This document shows, piece by piece, positions 1-14,477 of a stretch of 64,000 nt of DNA (within the stretch, counting starts at the first letter, position 1; each line of letters opens with the position of its first letter). The notes under the pieces were generated by a model, which saw nothing but the letters and a program-made list of their open reading frames with translations, did no database searches and was not told the origin of the DNA. Origin of the DNA: Zancudomyces culisetae HAW-14-8 (taxonomy: Eukaryota; Fungi; Kickxellomycota); NCBI GenBank assembly GCA_052426225.1, contig JBNJNM010000023.1:682001-746000 (forward strand), read 5' to 3'. The translations under genes and the position numbers were made by a program.

Positions 1-1259
1 TTACTACTGGCGGAATATAGTCGGGATTTACCAAAGTTATTCGACGCGTATCTAAGCGGTGGTAATCTGTTTGCTGCTATTTGTTCATTATTGTTGCTAG
101 TAATACTTATATTTTTAATTCTATATGTTGCGTTAGCTGAATTTCCACTGATTGATCGATTGGAAATACTTCTATTTTTGTTGTGGTATAATGACAAATT
201 GTTGTTCATCCTTTTGTTTGGCATCAACAGCTCATCCGCGTCACCACCAGAATAGTATCTTTTGTTCTCAAAAATAGAAAGATCGCTGCCTGTGCGTTTT
301 TGATACTCTGGCGGTTTAACAGTAGTGGGTAAAGCCAACTGCGTGGGCGTCAATATGCGATGCTCGTTGGCGTGCTGAGCCATGTGATGAAAGTGGTATG
401 AATGACTCCGTTGCTCCACATTAAGAGGCATGGACTCGCTACCATAATCTTCGGGCAATATACCATCCTCGTCGCCATTGATATCTAATACCAGCTCAGG
501 GTAGATACCTGGAGGAATAGTAATTGCAGGAAAGTCTGGGTCAGTCGATGGTGTTAGCAACCGACCACTCTCTATATCTTCTTTGTAGAAATACGTAACT
601 ATGTGCAATTTTTTGCCGTCTAGTGTCTTAATCGAGAGCGCCTTTTTCATAATTCCGTTTTTTTTAGGGTGGCCTGATTGTGGATGACCACTTATACTCA
701 TTTCTCCATATCGTCTGTTGTTAATGTTATTAATATCATCGCTGTTGCCGTTATATCTGTTATCTCCTAGTATTACATTTTTCATTCCATAAGCATTACG
801 TTCTAGCACGCTTGTAGCTCCTGGTTGTTCGCCTATCATCATCTGCAGGCTCCCGCTGCCTTCACCACCACCATTGTACATGTATTGTCCACCAGTATCG
901 ATTTTGTGTATTATTTTTCTTTTATCTAATTCATCTTCTTGCTCTGTGCCACGTCCCTGATAGCTCATAAATCCACCAGTATTGCCTTTTACTACTGCTC
1001 TTCGTCTACCTGACCATTCCTGGTAGCAGAGGAATGCTCCCTGTACTCGGGATGGCGACCAAAATTTCCCGTCAGTCCATCGTCGCATACTCGACTCCTT
1101 CTCATCCCAAACAAACACAGATCCCGATCTTATTGTTGAACGCTCAAAATCACTCAACCGCCTTTGGACTCGCTTTTTATAACCAAGCCTACAGGCCTCA
1201 AATATTAACAATGCGTCATTCGTGGTTTCTATAACCCCGTAATATGTTTCCAAGTTCAT
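1..1259 (-). CDS. WOPR (Gti1/Pac2, Wor1/Mit1/Ryp1-like) transcription factor, 3'-truncated by the window edge
   Basis: Hand translation from ATG at 1259 gives WOPRa (MNLETYYGVIETTNDALLIFEACRLGYKKRVQRRLSDFERSTIRSGSVFVWDEKESSMRRWTDGKFWSPSR) and, in the same frame, WOPRb (GIMKKALSIKTLDGKKLHIVTYFYKEDIESGRLLTPSTDPDF). It is absent from the ORF track, presumably because no stop lies inside the window. Confidence 0.93.
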   Translation of the reverse strand, partial: MNLETYYGVIETTNDALLIFEACRLGYKKRVQRRLSDFERSTIRSGSVFVWDEKESSMRRWTDGKFWSPSRVQGAFLCYQEWSGRRRAVVKGNTGGFMSYQGRGTEQEDELDKRKIIHKIDTGGQYMYNGGGEGSGSLQMMIGEQPGATSVLERNAYGMKNVILGDNRYNGNSDDINNINNRRYGEMSISGHPQSGHPKKNGIMKKALSIKTLDGKKLHIVTYFYKEDIESGRLLTPSTDPDFPAITIPPGIYPELVLDINGDEDGILPEDYGSESMPLNVEQRSHSYHFHHMAQHANEHRILTPTQLALPTTVKPPEYQKRTGSDLSIFENKRYYSGGDADELLMPNKRMNNNLSLYHNKNRSISNRSISGNSANATYRIKNISITSNNNEQIAANRLPPLRYASNNFGKSRLYSASS

Positions 1260-4200
1260 TTTCTTGGTCTTTTTTTCATCAAAAGAGAAGTCAAAATAAA
1301 GGTTCAGTTATAATTACTACAAACTTCCTAGTGATTACTCATATATCTAGATATTCCTTATTTCACGCCGCTTTATTACCATTCGGCTGTTTTATTTAGT
1401 ATTAATAGCTTTTGTCTGCTCAAGTTGTTGAGAAGTAGAGAATCAAGGTGTCGCTTACTCTGGCTGTTTTTTTTTTCAGAGCCAAGACCAAATATTTTCG
1501 GTATAATTCCTCTGGTGCCGATATTCGAAAGATCGTTTTTGTTTGAATGCCTTTACCTGCTTCCACTGAATTTTTTTCGCAGAACCAAGACTCAGGATCC
1601 TTATTGTTTTTTCGCATTTAATTCGTATATCTACTAAGCGGAATACTATAATACTGCAAAAACGTGCTAATTGAGATCACTTTGACTGGGCTCGCTTTTT
1701 TTTTCTTTTCTTTTCTTTTTTATGTTGTATTCTTTCCTTGGTATGTAGAAAAATGATAGTTATACATACTAGACAAAAGAACCGATAGTATTAAACCTTT
1801 TCTAACGGAGAACCAGCACACACATATATACAAACACGGGGTGTACCTTAGTATTATTCCCAATTATTCTTACCAGACACCGTTTGTTTTTGTCTTGTTG
1901 AGAGTCCGTGTGTTGCCTTTTCTTTTCAACAATATATCCTTATCCCTGCCCTTTAGATTTCTTCGTAGTAAAAAAAAGGGGGGCTGTATATAATGTTTTA
2001 TTTGTCGAACTAAAGTTGAATATAATTGCGACTAAATTGTGTATTAAAAAGAGTATGCTGTATAAAAGAATATATAGAAGCTTTTTTATGTTTTTATGTT
2101 TTTAAGTTTTCAAAAAGTTTTCTTTTATGCCACCTTTCCTTTGCCTTTTTTTATATCTTTTTTTGTTTTTGACTAAAAGAAAATTAAGCAATATATAGAT
2201 GTTTTTAAAGTGTTTAGACATCATTTGTAAACCCAACCCTGTCAGGAGTTCTTCCGTTTAACACCCATTAAATTCCTATTGCTTTTTGAAAAAAAATCTC
2301 AAAATACCAGATTAAGTTCCCTATTTAGTAAACACCCGTCCCACCTTTTTCCCCCCTTAAACATTCCACTTATTTCTTGAGGCTACCACGTTTGCAATTT
2401 TTATTTTTATTTTTATTTTGCTTTACTTTGACTATTATTATACTTATTTTGGTTTTTGTTTTATTTTGTTTTTAATGTTTTTGGCTTAATACTTGCTTTT
2501 TTTGGATATCATTAGTTCTATTGCTCTAAAATATTTTAGATTTAAAAATCACCGCAATTACAAAATTTTGATTGAAAAATATACGCCTGGAAAAAAAAAT
2601 ATGATATGGATTCCTTTTTTCGAAATCTTTTTTAACCACAGAGATTACTAAATTGATTTTCCCATTTTGCCTGTGGAGTTAATTTTGGTTACCGTGTTAA
2701 ATCATGAACACCAGTATTAGCTTTCATTAAATTCATTTTGAATACAAATGCCTTTTTTATTTTAGAAAACCATAACACAGATATTTTCTAATTGTAAATA
2801 AGCCATTATAATGTTTTCATTTGATGGCACAGTTTACACAAAAAAATTTTTTTTGCAATGGTTTTTGTCCAAAATTAATCGTAAATTCAGACTTACTCGT
2901 ATATAATTACACTAAATATCTAATATATTACATAATTTATCATTTATTTATAACTGGCTTTTTTAATTTTATTTTATTTTGGCCACAATTGCACTTTCAC
3001 TAGGAACAAAGTTTATAGACTAACCTCGATAATTATTGTAATTATCCACCTGCCCACCCTTCGCCTGTTTTTCTAAACTCTGAAAAATCAACACTAACTC
3101 TCTACTGACCCAACATTAAGATTTCCTTTTCTTTAGTATCCACATTTACCACCTATCTTGCCACTATCCACATCACACTGCCTCCACCAGTTCTCACAAC
3201 ATTGGACTCCGCTCAACTTTCCTTTTGTTGTGAAATGTATTTTCACTCATTTACTTGGGCAATTTGCTGTGAAATTTCAAAAAAAAATCACTTGGCTTTA
3301 CATTTAATTTGTGCAAAATATTTTTTTTTTCATTAAACAAAATTTAAACCTTAATTTATTAAATACATTTTATATTGCGCAAAATTTCAAATAATAAGAA
3401 AAAAGCGAGTAAAATAAAAAAATAAGGAATAAAGCAAAAAAGCAAAAAAGCAAAAAAACAGTATGTTCGAGAAAGTGGCAATCGGTACACTAATTGTGAA
3501 GCTTGTTATCAAGTATATAACCCATGTGTTGGTACCTGTGACTTTGAATTTATGATTTTGTTGCCATATTGCCCATTGAAATCCTATCCACTATCCACTA
3601 TCCACCTTTTTGGTCTTTTATTCAAAAATATCATTCTTGGTGGATCCAAGTTGAAAAAGAATATAAACTCGAAAAAAAAAATTTTATCAAGTACAATTTC
3701 ACACAAAAAATTCATGAACTATGTATCACGCGTTACATACCATAAATCACAAATTGCAAACCACAAGATACACATGTTAATACATATGCGTAAATGTGTA
3801 CCATGGATATACACAATCCACAATCCACATTCGAGATTTTACAGAAAAGAAGTCGTGTATAGCACTTTGGTTTTGCACAATCCCTGTACACAATCCACCT
3901 TTCTGTAATTGCCAATACATGTATAAATAGTTCTATATATTGTTCTATATATTGTTCTTGAGACAATGTAGGTGGTACTGTGTATTGTGTATTGTGTATT
4001 GGAGTGTGATTATTAACATTTGAGTACATAAAATAAATTCTCGTAGCAAAAAGCTAGTTAAACCAGAGCATTGTACAAATACTCAATATTGTACTTTTGT
4101 TACACTTTTGCATATTTATTTGTTTTACATCACTAGTGACTTTACAAAAGCAAAAATTATCGGTCTTACATAAGAACAAAATATTGGCCTTTTTCTTTAT

Positions 4201-7200
4201 TTATGAATTTAGCTCAAACCCTTTTGTACAACTATTTTTATAAAATAATAAATAAATAATAAAAAATAAAAAATAAAATTTACGTCAAAAGCTGAATTGA
4301 CAAACTCTTACACACTCTTGGAGCTTACAAATATATTATAACCTGATAAATATTACATTTCAAAGTTGCTACACAAATAGAATCATACAGTCTTTGAATT
4401 TGTCTCCCGGGTATAATACAAATGCAGGTTATATATCGCATGTACAAAAGCAGGGAAATGATGTGCTTCAAGTTTCATAGCCCTATACCTAGAATCAGAC
4501 CAAGCATTTATAGATTTTATTACAGGTAGCACAAAGTAACTGTAAATAGCTACACTTTAATTGGAAGATAAGGCTTAAAACCGAAATAAAAATGGCCATA
4601 AAAAAATTGCCAAAGCTGGAGAAGGGTCGATCTGAATAGCAGCAATTTATCATATTCACAAGCTACAATCAGCATGTAATGGTGATGCAATTATTTATTT
4701 GTATAGATATATAGGGCAACTAATTTGACGAGTACCCACACCGGAATAAAATAATAGAATGGCTACTAAACTGCACCCATTTTAACCCCCTCATCACCCT
4801 CTCACCCTCTCACCCTCTCTCTCTTCCTCTCCCCAAAAGATACATCATTCAAATTTGTGTTTCATGATACGTAATCTATTTTATTGTGGTTGACATTCAA
4901 TTGTTACCTTTTTATACGCATCTTAGTTCTTGGATAAGTATGTAGAAACAGCTTATATAAAAAGCGTAACTCTTGTCTCGGATCTCTGGCTCAAGTTCAT
5001 CTGTTTGGTTTCGAAATGTTGATTTCAAATTAATTAGCGAGTAATTTCTATGAATAAATATCATTCGATATATTCGATTGCTAATGCTTAAAAAAAGCAT
5101 TTACGAATCCCTGTTACACCTATTATAGTAAAAAAAATAGTTTACCTCTTTTGTAAATTTCTATAAAGCTTAATTTCTACCAAGGTATGTTCTCCTATAG
5201 TTATCTTGATTTGCACCTTTGCATCATCCGATATACTCATTACACCGCTTTTGTTCGCTTTTGTACATACTACGGCAAAAGACCACTAAAAAAAAAAATT
5301 TCCCATTTTTTTTTGCACATTTGTCATCATAAAAGCTAAAAGAGTGTTGGCGTATTTGCAATTTTCACCTCTAACTAAAGTGAAACTGTTGTACAAGTTA
5401 CGGAAAACACCATAATGTAGCTTTAAACATATTATCCTACTTTTTATTCTTTTTGGTACAAGACAGGAGAGCACATTTTGCATCATTTAAACATGACCAT
5501 GATTTGATGCTTTAACTTTTGTATTTTTATTGATTGAAATATCAATATTTTGGATAGCTAAGCTTTACCATACACATTGTATTTAATTAAGTTGTTTTTC
5601 GAACTTCAATGAGATAAATCATAAATGTATACAAAGATATTAAATTGAAGCTACTCATCTATAATACCAATGCAACTGTGTTAATTTTAGTGTGGCTAAA
5701 TAATGCTATGTAAGGGAAAAGTACATTAACAGCTATGGAAATGTCAATCTTAGCGAGACTGAGTATATTAAAACTTGCCTCTTTTTTACAAATATGATAT
5801 AATTGACTATAAATTGATACTATTTTTCTGATAACTCTTCTGTATTCATTTATGCCCTTCTTGCGAGTATACCCTTTTGTGTTTTCTCGACCTTTTCGTA
5901 AATAAACTCGCCTTGTAATTTGATATTTACGACTTTAGAAAATTTGATACTTCAATCAATAAGGTTGACTTTGTGATACATTCTTTTTTTAGCGAGTAAA
6001 CATGCTGCAATTTCATTTTAACTATTTCTGGGCTGCTTCCTAACAATATCACGTACATTTCGAAAATCAAAATATGCTATTAGTCTGTGTTACAGTAATT
6101 CAAATCGCACTTAAACCCTTATTTCCAAAATTTATAGGCTGTGTCCCTGACGGAATCCCTCCATGTTTGTACAAGGTGTCAAGCATCAATGAATAAAGAA
6201 AGATATAAGGTTGTACTACACGTGCAGTTTTTTTTTGTCTTTTTTTTTGTCTTTTTTTCAAGATTCCACCGCACCCAACTTAACCCTACTCAGACTTTTT
6301 TTTAGCCCTCCAGCAGAACAGATCTTGCTATGTTAACTACCATTTATAGTACATTGTACTCTGAAGACTTTAATAACCTCTTATTTTTTTAAATCGATGT
6401 ATTGGTGTTTCGCCAATATCTAAATTGCAAAATCGATTTGCCTATTTCCACACAACCTTAAGAAGAACTAAGGTTGGTTTGGATTAAACTTGGCTACCTT
6501 TATCTCCTAGGCATCTTAAATTTATGTTTACATATTGCTGATTTTTGAAAAAACATTGATACTAGTTTATTACTAGCATTATGTTTTATTTACTGATTAG
6601 GTTGTCATTTAGAAGTTAATACCTAACTCTGGTACCAGGAACATTCTATTAGCAAAAGTTAGCACACAGATTAAAGATCACCAACCTCTATTAGTTTCAT
6701 TTTTTCAAATAATTTTTTTGAACTTCCAAGTCCTGGCTAAGTCCAAATATAGTGGATCTGTAACTGATTACTTAACATGTTAATAATAGTCACATCTATA
6801 TCTATAAATAGGCTACATAAAGTTCTTTAAAGAGGCCGAATCAATCCTTTTTACTGTGGTTATGGATGGGTTAAGTTAATGAGCATCCTGTTAATTTTTT
6901 TTGGAACTAGATTCGAAGAGTAAAGGCAAAAAGTGTTCAAGACATGCCTAGCAACATCGCCCCCTCTTGAATTCGTATGATACATACCAGTTGACTTTTT
7001 TGTTTTTCGGTGACTACTGGAGACGTGTGCCCAGCTTTTCAATTACAAAGATCCATAAATACTAACATTCTCTAAAAGCCAAAATTCGTTTTTTTATGTA
7101 ATTGCAAAGCCGAAGCCAATTAGCACCTGACCTCAATATACACTCTATTAGCAATTTTTCTAATACAATTCAAAGAAAGCGTGGTCTTTACAAAATGTTG

Positions 7201-8100
7201 AAAATGCGGACGTGTTTTATATTTCCTATGTTTTATGGAATATGGTAATGACTTTATTAATAGCACCACAAAAAATAGTGCATAAAAAAGAACCTCCTCT
7301 ACACCGTTCCTACAACAAAGGTTAATTTTTCATGAGTTTACATGCTGTGGTTGTTTACTGTATCTTATCTTGAATATGAACCTATTTCCTTATTTTTGAG
7401 TCGACTCCAATTTGAATAGAAACGCAAAAAGGTCTGATGTAAAGCCGAGTTGGGTTGAGTCGTTGATGCACATTTCTCAATTTCGATTTCTGCACCATCT
7501 AAAATTAATGAGCTTTTTAAATTTTTTTTTACTTTAATTAACTCCCGATTTGCTTTAATCGAAATTAAATACACAGATTCCAAATAAAAAAGCCCTGAAT
7601 GTTTTGCAACTATAACCTAAAACATCAATTATTGTTTCCTTGTATTCCCATAATATTCGTGGAATCGATATGGGTTGTTAACATTAGGCTTAATTGCATT
7701 TTCTTTTTTTTTAATTTTGGGATTGAGATTTAATGGCTAATAGGCGTAATGAAGGGCAAGGGAAATTTTAAATATGAACTTACTAAATTAAAATTAATAA
7801 AAAGCATTATTGGATAGTTAAGCCTCTATACAAATGTGGATGTCTTACTATTCAATAAGTATTAAGCTCAATTGCCTCAGGATCCAACAACAAGAAAGAT
7901 CTTGCCATTAATTAAAGCTCAAAAATGATAAAGAGCAAATAGGATTACGCACAGCTGATGTACTTTCCAAAATTAACTACTCTTTTGTGGCCAAACAACA
8001 ACAGGCGGGACAGGCCGTTTAAAAAAAACAAGGTCAAGGGGTGAACAGCGAAAATATTGTTGAAAGTTTGAAAAATACCGAATATATAACAATAAGAATT

Positions 8101-9875
8101 TTAAGAGGTGGTAAAAAGGCGTTTTTCAAAGCTATAAAGATCGTGAACACCACCCTCGAATTGAGCAGCAGCAGTACGCAATTCGAAGCGAGTGGCACCA
8201 GATGTAACACTAGATCGCAAGCTATTTACAGAGGAAACTCCCATATCTTGAAGGGAGTGTTGAAGACCGGTTGTCAAGTACGAGATAAATGGTTTGACAG
8301 AGCCCTTATCAATAACAGAACCAGACACACCCTGAGCGACCTTGATACGATCAGCCTCACTGAAGTAGCGGGCCTTACTGGCAGAGTTCTTGGCCATAGC
8401 CTCTAGAGAACCCATACCGCGATACTTCTTCATTCTTTTACCATCCAAAAAGAAGTAATCTCCTGGAGATTCGCTTGTACCAGCAAATAATCCACCCATC
8501 ATTACGCACGAAGCCCCGAGACAGAGAGCCTTGGCAATATGACCAATGTTACTGACTCCTCCATCAGCAATGGTAGGCACGCCAAACAGACTAGCAAATC
8601 TGGACACCTGGTACACTGCAGTGGCCTGGGGTCTTCCCACAGCCATGACCTCCTGAGTAATACAGATTGACCCTGAGCCCATTCCTACACGGAGACCATC
8701 TGCACCTGCCTGAATGAGGTTAGCAGCTTGCTCACGTGTAACAACGTTTCCGGCAATAACATCAATGCGGTCACCATAGGTTTCTTTAATGTATTTTATA
8801 AACTCAATTTGGAAGGACGAATTTCCTTGTGATGAATCCAAAACCACCACATCCAAACCTGCCTCAACCAAGTGCTTGAGTCTTTCCTTATCAGCCTCCC
8901 GTGTTCCAATTGCTGCCCCAACAAGAAGTTGCTTTGTTCTCTCATTCTTGCTTGACCATGGATAGTCCAAGTTCTTGAGCAAGTCTGATCTGCTAACCAA
9001 AGACACCAATCTTCCTTCTTTATCTATGATTGGAAGCTTTCCTTTCTTGCTTTCTGAGAGGATGGCATTGGCCTCTTGAAGAGATACACCATGCAATGCT
9101 GTCACCAACTGGGTAGTCATTACATCTTTGAGTTTGGTCTCCTCAGCTTGTACAAACTGAATATCTCTCATTGTCACCATACCAACAAGTTTTCCTCCGA
9201 CCTTTCCATCACCTATGAAATTGGTTGTTAAAATACATTACAGGTTTAGTAAGTCATTGAATAAAAATATTTAAAGTTGTAGTGTGTTAATATTTCACTC
9301 TCAGTTAGTCTTTTTTCCTCAATGTCAAAAACTTTCAGAAGAACGAAAGTTATAGATAGATTAAAATTAATTTCATCTTTACAAAGCGAAAACATTATTT
9401 AGCATTTGAATGTGATTAAAATTTTGTACTCACTTGTTATAGGGATTCCTCCAAACCCATGCTTCTTCTTTATATCCCAGACATCCTCAATACAGTGCTC
9501 AGGTGACAGGACAAATGGCTCGGTAATAAAACCGTTTTCATAAAGCTTTACCTTTCTGACCATACTTGCCTGGTCCTCAATACTGCAGTTATTGTGAATG
9601 ATTCCTATTCCCCCCATAAGTGCCAAGGAAATAGCCATTTCACTCTCTGTTACCGTGTCCATTGGTGCAGAGACAAAAGGTGTCTTGATCTTTATATTTT
9701 TTGTCAGATTGGTTTCCAGACAGACTTTGCTGGCTTCAAAGTCAATGAATCCGGGAAGAACCAAAAAGTCATTGTAGGATATCCCGCCAAAGACCTTTGC
9801 ATTCATCAGGTCCTCTACGGATAACCCATCCCGTTCCATTTCCTTAAGTTTCTGTACTGCTGTCTTGTAGTCCAT
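8101..9875 (-). CDS. IMPDH: Inosine-5'-monophosphate dehydrogenase, about 517 aa; exons 9875-9434 and 9212-8101
   Basis: Motifs [18 protein letters not shown], tandem CBS domains, DSSQGNS, catalytic [11 protein letters not shown] and YRGMGS. A 221-bp GT..AG intron (9433-9213) joins the two ORF-track pieces in frame. Confidence 0.97.
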
Positions 9876-11494
9876 TTTTTTTCTTAATAGTATCTTGGTT
9901 ACTTTGTTGCCTTGCAATAAGGATGGTTTGTAATGCTAAAGTTACTTATAGTGCTCGGAGTGCGGGGTGAGTACCTAATAGATTATTCTAACTGTAAGCT
10001 TTTAGTTACTCCCCCCACCCCCAGAAAAAAGAAAAAGAAAGCTGGGTCAATTACGTATTTATACATTTCCTGCATTTCAGAAAAAAAAAATTTTTTTTTT
10101 CAGGCACATGGATAAAGAATCAATATGAACCTAACAAATCAGATGTGGGCGATACAAATCTCGCTAACAAGTGGAAAAAAATTTTTTTTTGTAGTTGATC
10201 CATTGAAACACTGAAATATTATAACAAAGGCAAATACGAATACATGTGAAAAGAAAAAACATTTTGGAAAGTGGGGAAATATAGGTTTATTATTGTTCAC
10301 CAGGCAGCAAAAAATGCATTGGGTAAATAGCAATATCAAAAAACATTCTGGAATCTCGGGATATAAAAATGCAAGTATGGTAAAACATCTGTATAGAAAC
10401 TATCTCCCGCCAACTTAGTATACAACTTCTTATGGTCTTATTCTTGGCCTATTAATACTGGTTTTTAATTAAAAAATATTTGCCCGGTAAAAAAAACTAT
10501 TACCAGTATCACTATCCATATACACTGTTAGTTGGTAGCCTTAAACAATCAAAATGTGAAATGAGAGTGGGTGATAAGAGTATGGTTCTTTCTGGTAGTG
10601 AGAAAAGACTCCTTAAATCTATTTACTTTGTTTATTTGTCTTCAATATAAACTCATCCCCAAACTACATGCAAGATTGTCCATACTTTTTAAAAAGCAGC
10701 TGATGGTGTGTGAACATCAGTACCTGTTTATCGGCGTTGCTGTACCCGGCTTTAACAGTATACGCTGTTGATCTCGCATAATTTATTTTTGTGATTTCTC
10801 TCGACTAACCTCACGAACACATTCAATGCTACATCATACATTATACGTGCTTTAGGATAATTGGTATTCGCACAGACCGCTTCTCACAAGCTTTTGTTGC
10901 GATATCGCATAATGGTTTTACGAGTTCACTTATTCACATAGCTATTGTATTCACAATGATATTTGGTAAATAGATGTCCATAAACATAAATCAGATCAGT
11001 TCTTTATCACAAATGTACAGAGGATATACACACTGCATGTAACCCTGTATATAAATGCCCTTTTTACAATTTCAATCTCTCACAAATTATGCGCGATATA
11101 CTTACATTTCTCGAGATTTGATCCTCTAGATACTTTTTTCACCGCTAAAAACGTACGTTTTTGAACCGTAAACATAATTTTGGAACCCTTAGCAGCAGTC
11201 TTTTGGAGGTACAAGTTAACCACCACAACGATATTTGGTTCAGCTGCATTGATTATTTTTACCCCCTTTCAACCACTATCATACATTTGGCTAGCAATAA
11301 GGCGATTAATAGTCCTTTTGAGCCGTCTTTAGTCACAAAGCTTTCGTCTAGTCTTTTTACAGAGTTACTCAATATACTAAGTCCAACTAACGCCACCCTA
11401 TATACCTCGTTCTGGTCTAATGTCTGTATTTAATTCCTTTTTAAGTTGCAGGCAAAAAATTACTAAAAGTATACGAAAACAAAACAATGAACCA

Positions 11495-13060
11495 CTAAGC
11501 ATTGGCCAACTCTGAAATCAAATCCACATATACCCCGATGGCCTTCAAATACTCTGGCTCTCTGACATATTCATCATGATCATGAGCAAGCAATGGGTGA
11601 CCTAAAAGTGGACAGAAACCAACTGCTGGTATTCCTTTACGCCTGATATATCTGGCATCTGTTGCGCCTGGACAAATAATATTCTTGTATGTAACGTTAT
11701 GCTTTGCACACACATTATCTATGCACTTAAAAAAATTACTCTCACTGTCCCACTCTGTAACTGGGTTTCTGTTCTCCGGGTTGATAAAATGGCACTCAAC
11801 CCCATGCTTTTCAGCAAGATCTGACAACATCTTTTTAAATTCTACTATATCTTGCTTTGGTGTGACACGAATATCGAATGTTACTGAAAATGTTGCCGGT
11901 ACCACGTTCTGCTGCTTTCCTCCCTCGAGCATTGTCAGATTCACAGATGTTACTTGGCCCTGTAATGCTAATCTGTTTTCTCCCAAAGCATTGTACTTCT
12001 TATATTCTTGTTCTCTGAGCGCCATCACAGTGTTTATTACTGGAAGCAGCTTCTCGATCGCTGTACCCTCTATAAATTGGCTTCCATGTCCAGTATTTCC
12101 GTGAGCAGTAAACCGGACCTGTGTTGTGAGTCTTTCAGAAGTCATAAGAATAGCGATGGGTAGTGGTGAGGGACCACTTTCATCGATATCAAACCCTGCG
12201 TTCAACTCTTCAAACTCTTTGGTCTCAATAAGCGACCCCACTCCGTCTTTTCCTCCTATTTCTTCATCTGGCGCATAAACTGCATATACGTTTCTCCGGA
12301 GCTGAACACCAGAATTCTTGATTTCTCGCAGTGCCTCCAAGTAGCTATCCCACATTAGGTTATCACGGTTATTCTCACCATTGTTTTACAACCAAAGACA
12401 TATATAGATATTCTACTATAGACACATAATAACTGATGCAGATATATTCAGCACTCTTATTTACCAACTTCCTGTGACCTTCATATCCTGAGCACCACGT
12501 GCATATATTCTATACTCTCCATCGTCTGCTTGTACTCTTTCGGCTGCAAACGGATCATATGTCCATTTATCCTATATTTATTTATTCAGATCCTGCATTT
12601 TATACACTAGTACATACATACGCAGTTTTTATTTTAGAGTTATTATCCTATTACCTCAAACACCGGAACCACATCAGTATGCGAGCTGAGCAAAATGGAT
12701 TTTGCTGTGGGGTCCGACCCTTCAAGTTTGAGTATTACTATTGGTTTTCCCTTTACGCACTATCGTATTTTTTTTAGTTTTTGTTTGTAATGTTAACATT
12801 CTGTATCTTGGGTAGGACCCTTTTTATTCATACAAAATAGCCAGCTAAACGCAGTCGTTTTTTACTTTTCATAACTTGTACATAACGCTTACTTCTACAA
12901 TTTGATGTCCTAGGCCAATTTCGTTTGCCTGTTCAATAAGAAAGTTTTTGCAGCTTTCATAGTCAGGTGTTGGATGAACAGTCTTTATTTGGAGATATTT
13001 TCTGAAACGAGTAACTGCTGCGGGTTCTGAAACTGAGGCTGGAGTTAGTGTGATAGTCAT
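11495..13060 (-). CDS. ACY1: Aminoacylase-1 (M20A metallopeptidase), about 409 aa; exons 13060-12893, 12759-12655, 12571-12465, 12344-11495
   Basis: The spliced translation contains SHTDVVP, ARGAQDMK, PDEEIGG, GHGS, TDARY and LAHDHDE metal/catalytic motifs. Three GT..AG introns keep the frame; CTAA-type branch points are visible in introns 1 and 3. Confidence 0.93.
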
Positions 13061-14048
13061 TTTGTGTCTCTTTTGTTTTCTCTTATTTTGTTTTTTGCTT
13101 TGTTTTATTTTGACTTTCTTTTACTGTTAGGGAGGACACGTATGCTTAAATACGTTTGAATAAAATGTGAGTGAATTGACTTTTTACCTGTAACTTCATG
13201 TTATAATCCTTGTTTTACCCCTTTCTCAACCATTTTTTTTAGAAACAACTGACTGGTGTTTAAATTGTGCTTCATCTCAAAAAATACAAGATGTAGTCAA
13301 TAAAATCTAATCTCAATTGCTTTTATCGTGTGATTATTGTATTAAAATTGGTTTGAAAAAATTACCCGACTATTTTATTTTCACGGACAGTTTCATATTG
13401 CTTTTCACAACTATCCCCCTTTCATCCTTTGGTACAGCTATATTATGAATAAACAGGTAAAGCCCCTTCGTTCTATGTAAGGAGTTGGAAAATATCTATA
13501 AATCAAGGTTTTATTGGTTCAAGAGAGGCAAAAAAAGCACACATAGCAGTCGAATATTTTATGGAACGCATATCTCATTCAATGCCCAAGGTTCAAGGTT
13601 GAAGTATATTTAAAAAAAAACAAAACACGCTTGGTAAACGACGCCTTCCCTGTATTTAGAGATGAGTATACAAGATGTGTTCTCACAATCATTATTTGTT
13701 TCCAAAATAGAAACCTTTGAACTGACACTTTCAAAATATATGCACTACTTTAGCGTTTGTTTCTCTACCCCATACTACATGCATTTTTTTTAATGCAAAA
13801 ATGTGTAGTGACTTTGTTTTTTCTCTTTTTCATACAACGCGGTAACTATATTGTTGATTCTGGTCCCTCTTACTAATTTTATAGTACTATTAACCATTTG
13901 TTTGTTCCATAACAATGTAAATAACCATAGCTGTGCACAGATACTCCAGAAATACTGTGATGAAGTACTCCATTGTTTAAATTTGTTTTACAAGTTTATT
14001 TGATGGCAAGCAGTTAACCGAAAGACTATGAAAAGTAAAAGTTATTAA

Positions 14049-14477
14049 CTACACTTTTCTATGTACCATTGGTATGCTTTTGGCTGAAGGGTAATTTTTA
14101 AGGGAAGTACAGTGTTTTGAGTGTCTTGCAGTGTTTTTCCCATATCCCACATAAAAAGCAACTTGTTTCTGACCGTCTATGATTTTGCGTTTTCTGTGCT
14201 TTATAAGTGGGTAATTAGAGACTAGTATGTTTCGTCGTATTGATTCTATGTTTAACCCATCTGTGTTTGTCTCCAGCCTTTTCTTACGTTCATCTAGCTG
14301 CGGAAGCCAATACAGCTCGTGTATAGCATTATTTGTACACTTTGGTGAGATCAGGGTTAATACGTCAGTACATGTTCTCTTTGCTTCGCATTCCAAGTCC
14401 TTTTCCAGGCATTTTGAGCTACAATATATATCACCGCCTGTCTGTTTATCACATATAACACACCAATCTGTATCCAT
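14049..14477 (-). CDS. Ecl1/2/3-family zinc-binding protein (extender of chronological lifespan)
   Basis: The N-terminus MDTDWCVICDKQTGGDIYCSSKCLEKD matches the Ecl1 CxxC...YCSxxC zinc motif. Confidence 0.8.
   Translation of the reverse strand: MDTDWCVICDKQTGGDIYCSSKCLEKDLECEAKRTCTDVLTLISPKCTNNAIHELYWLPQLDERKKRLETNTDGLNIESIRRNILVSNYPLIKHRKRKIIDGQKQVAFYVGYGKNTARHSKHCTSLKNYPSAKSIPMVHRKV

Noticed and set aside
1260-8100. Short 60-120 aa ORFs here and in other intergenic regions
   Set aside because: They are low-complexity F/L/I/K-rich translations with no motifs, as expected by chance in AT-rich DNA. No selenoprotein-like UGA frame was recognised.
8101-9875. IMPDH as a mycophenolate self-resistance gene marking a biosynthetic cluster
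   Set aside because: It retains the ordinary KYRGMGS and GAAIGT residues, and no PKS or tailoring genes are nearby, so it looks housekeeping.
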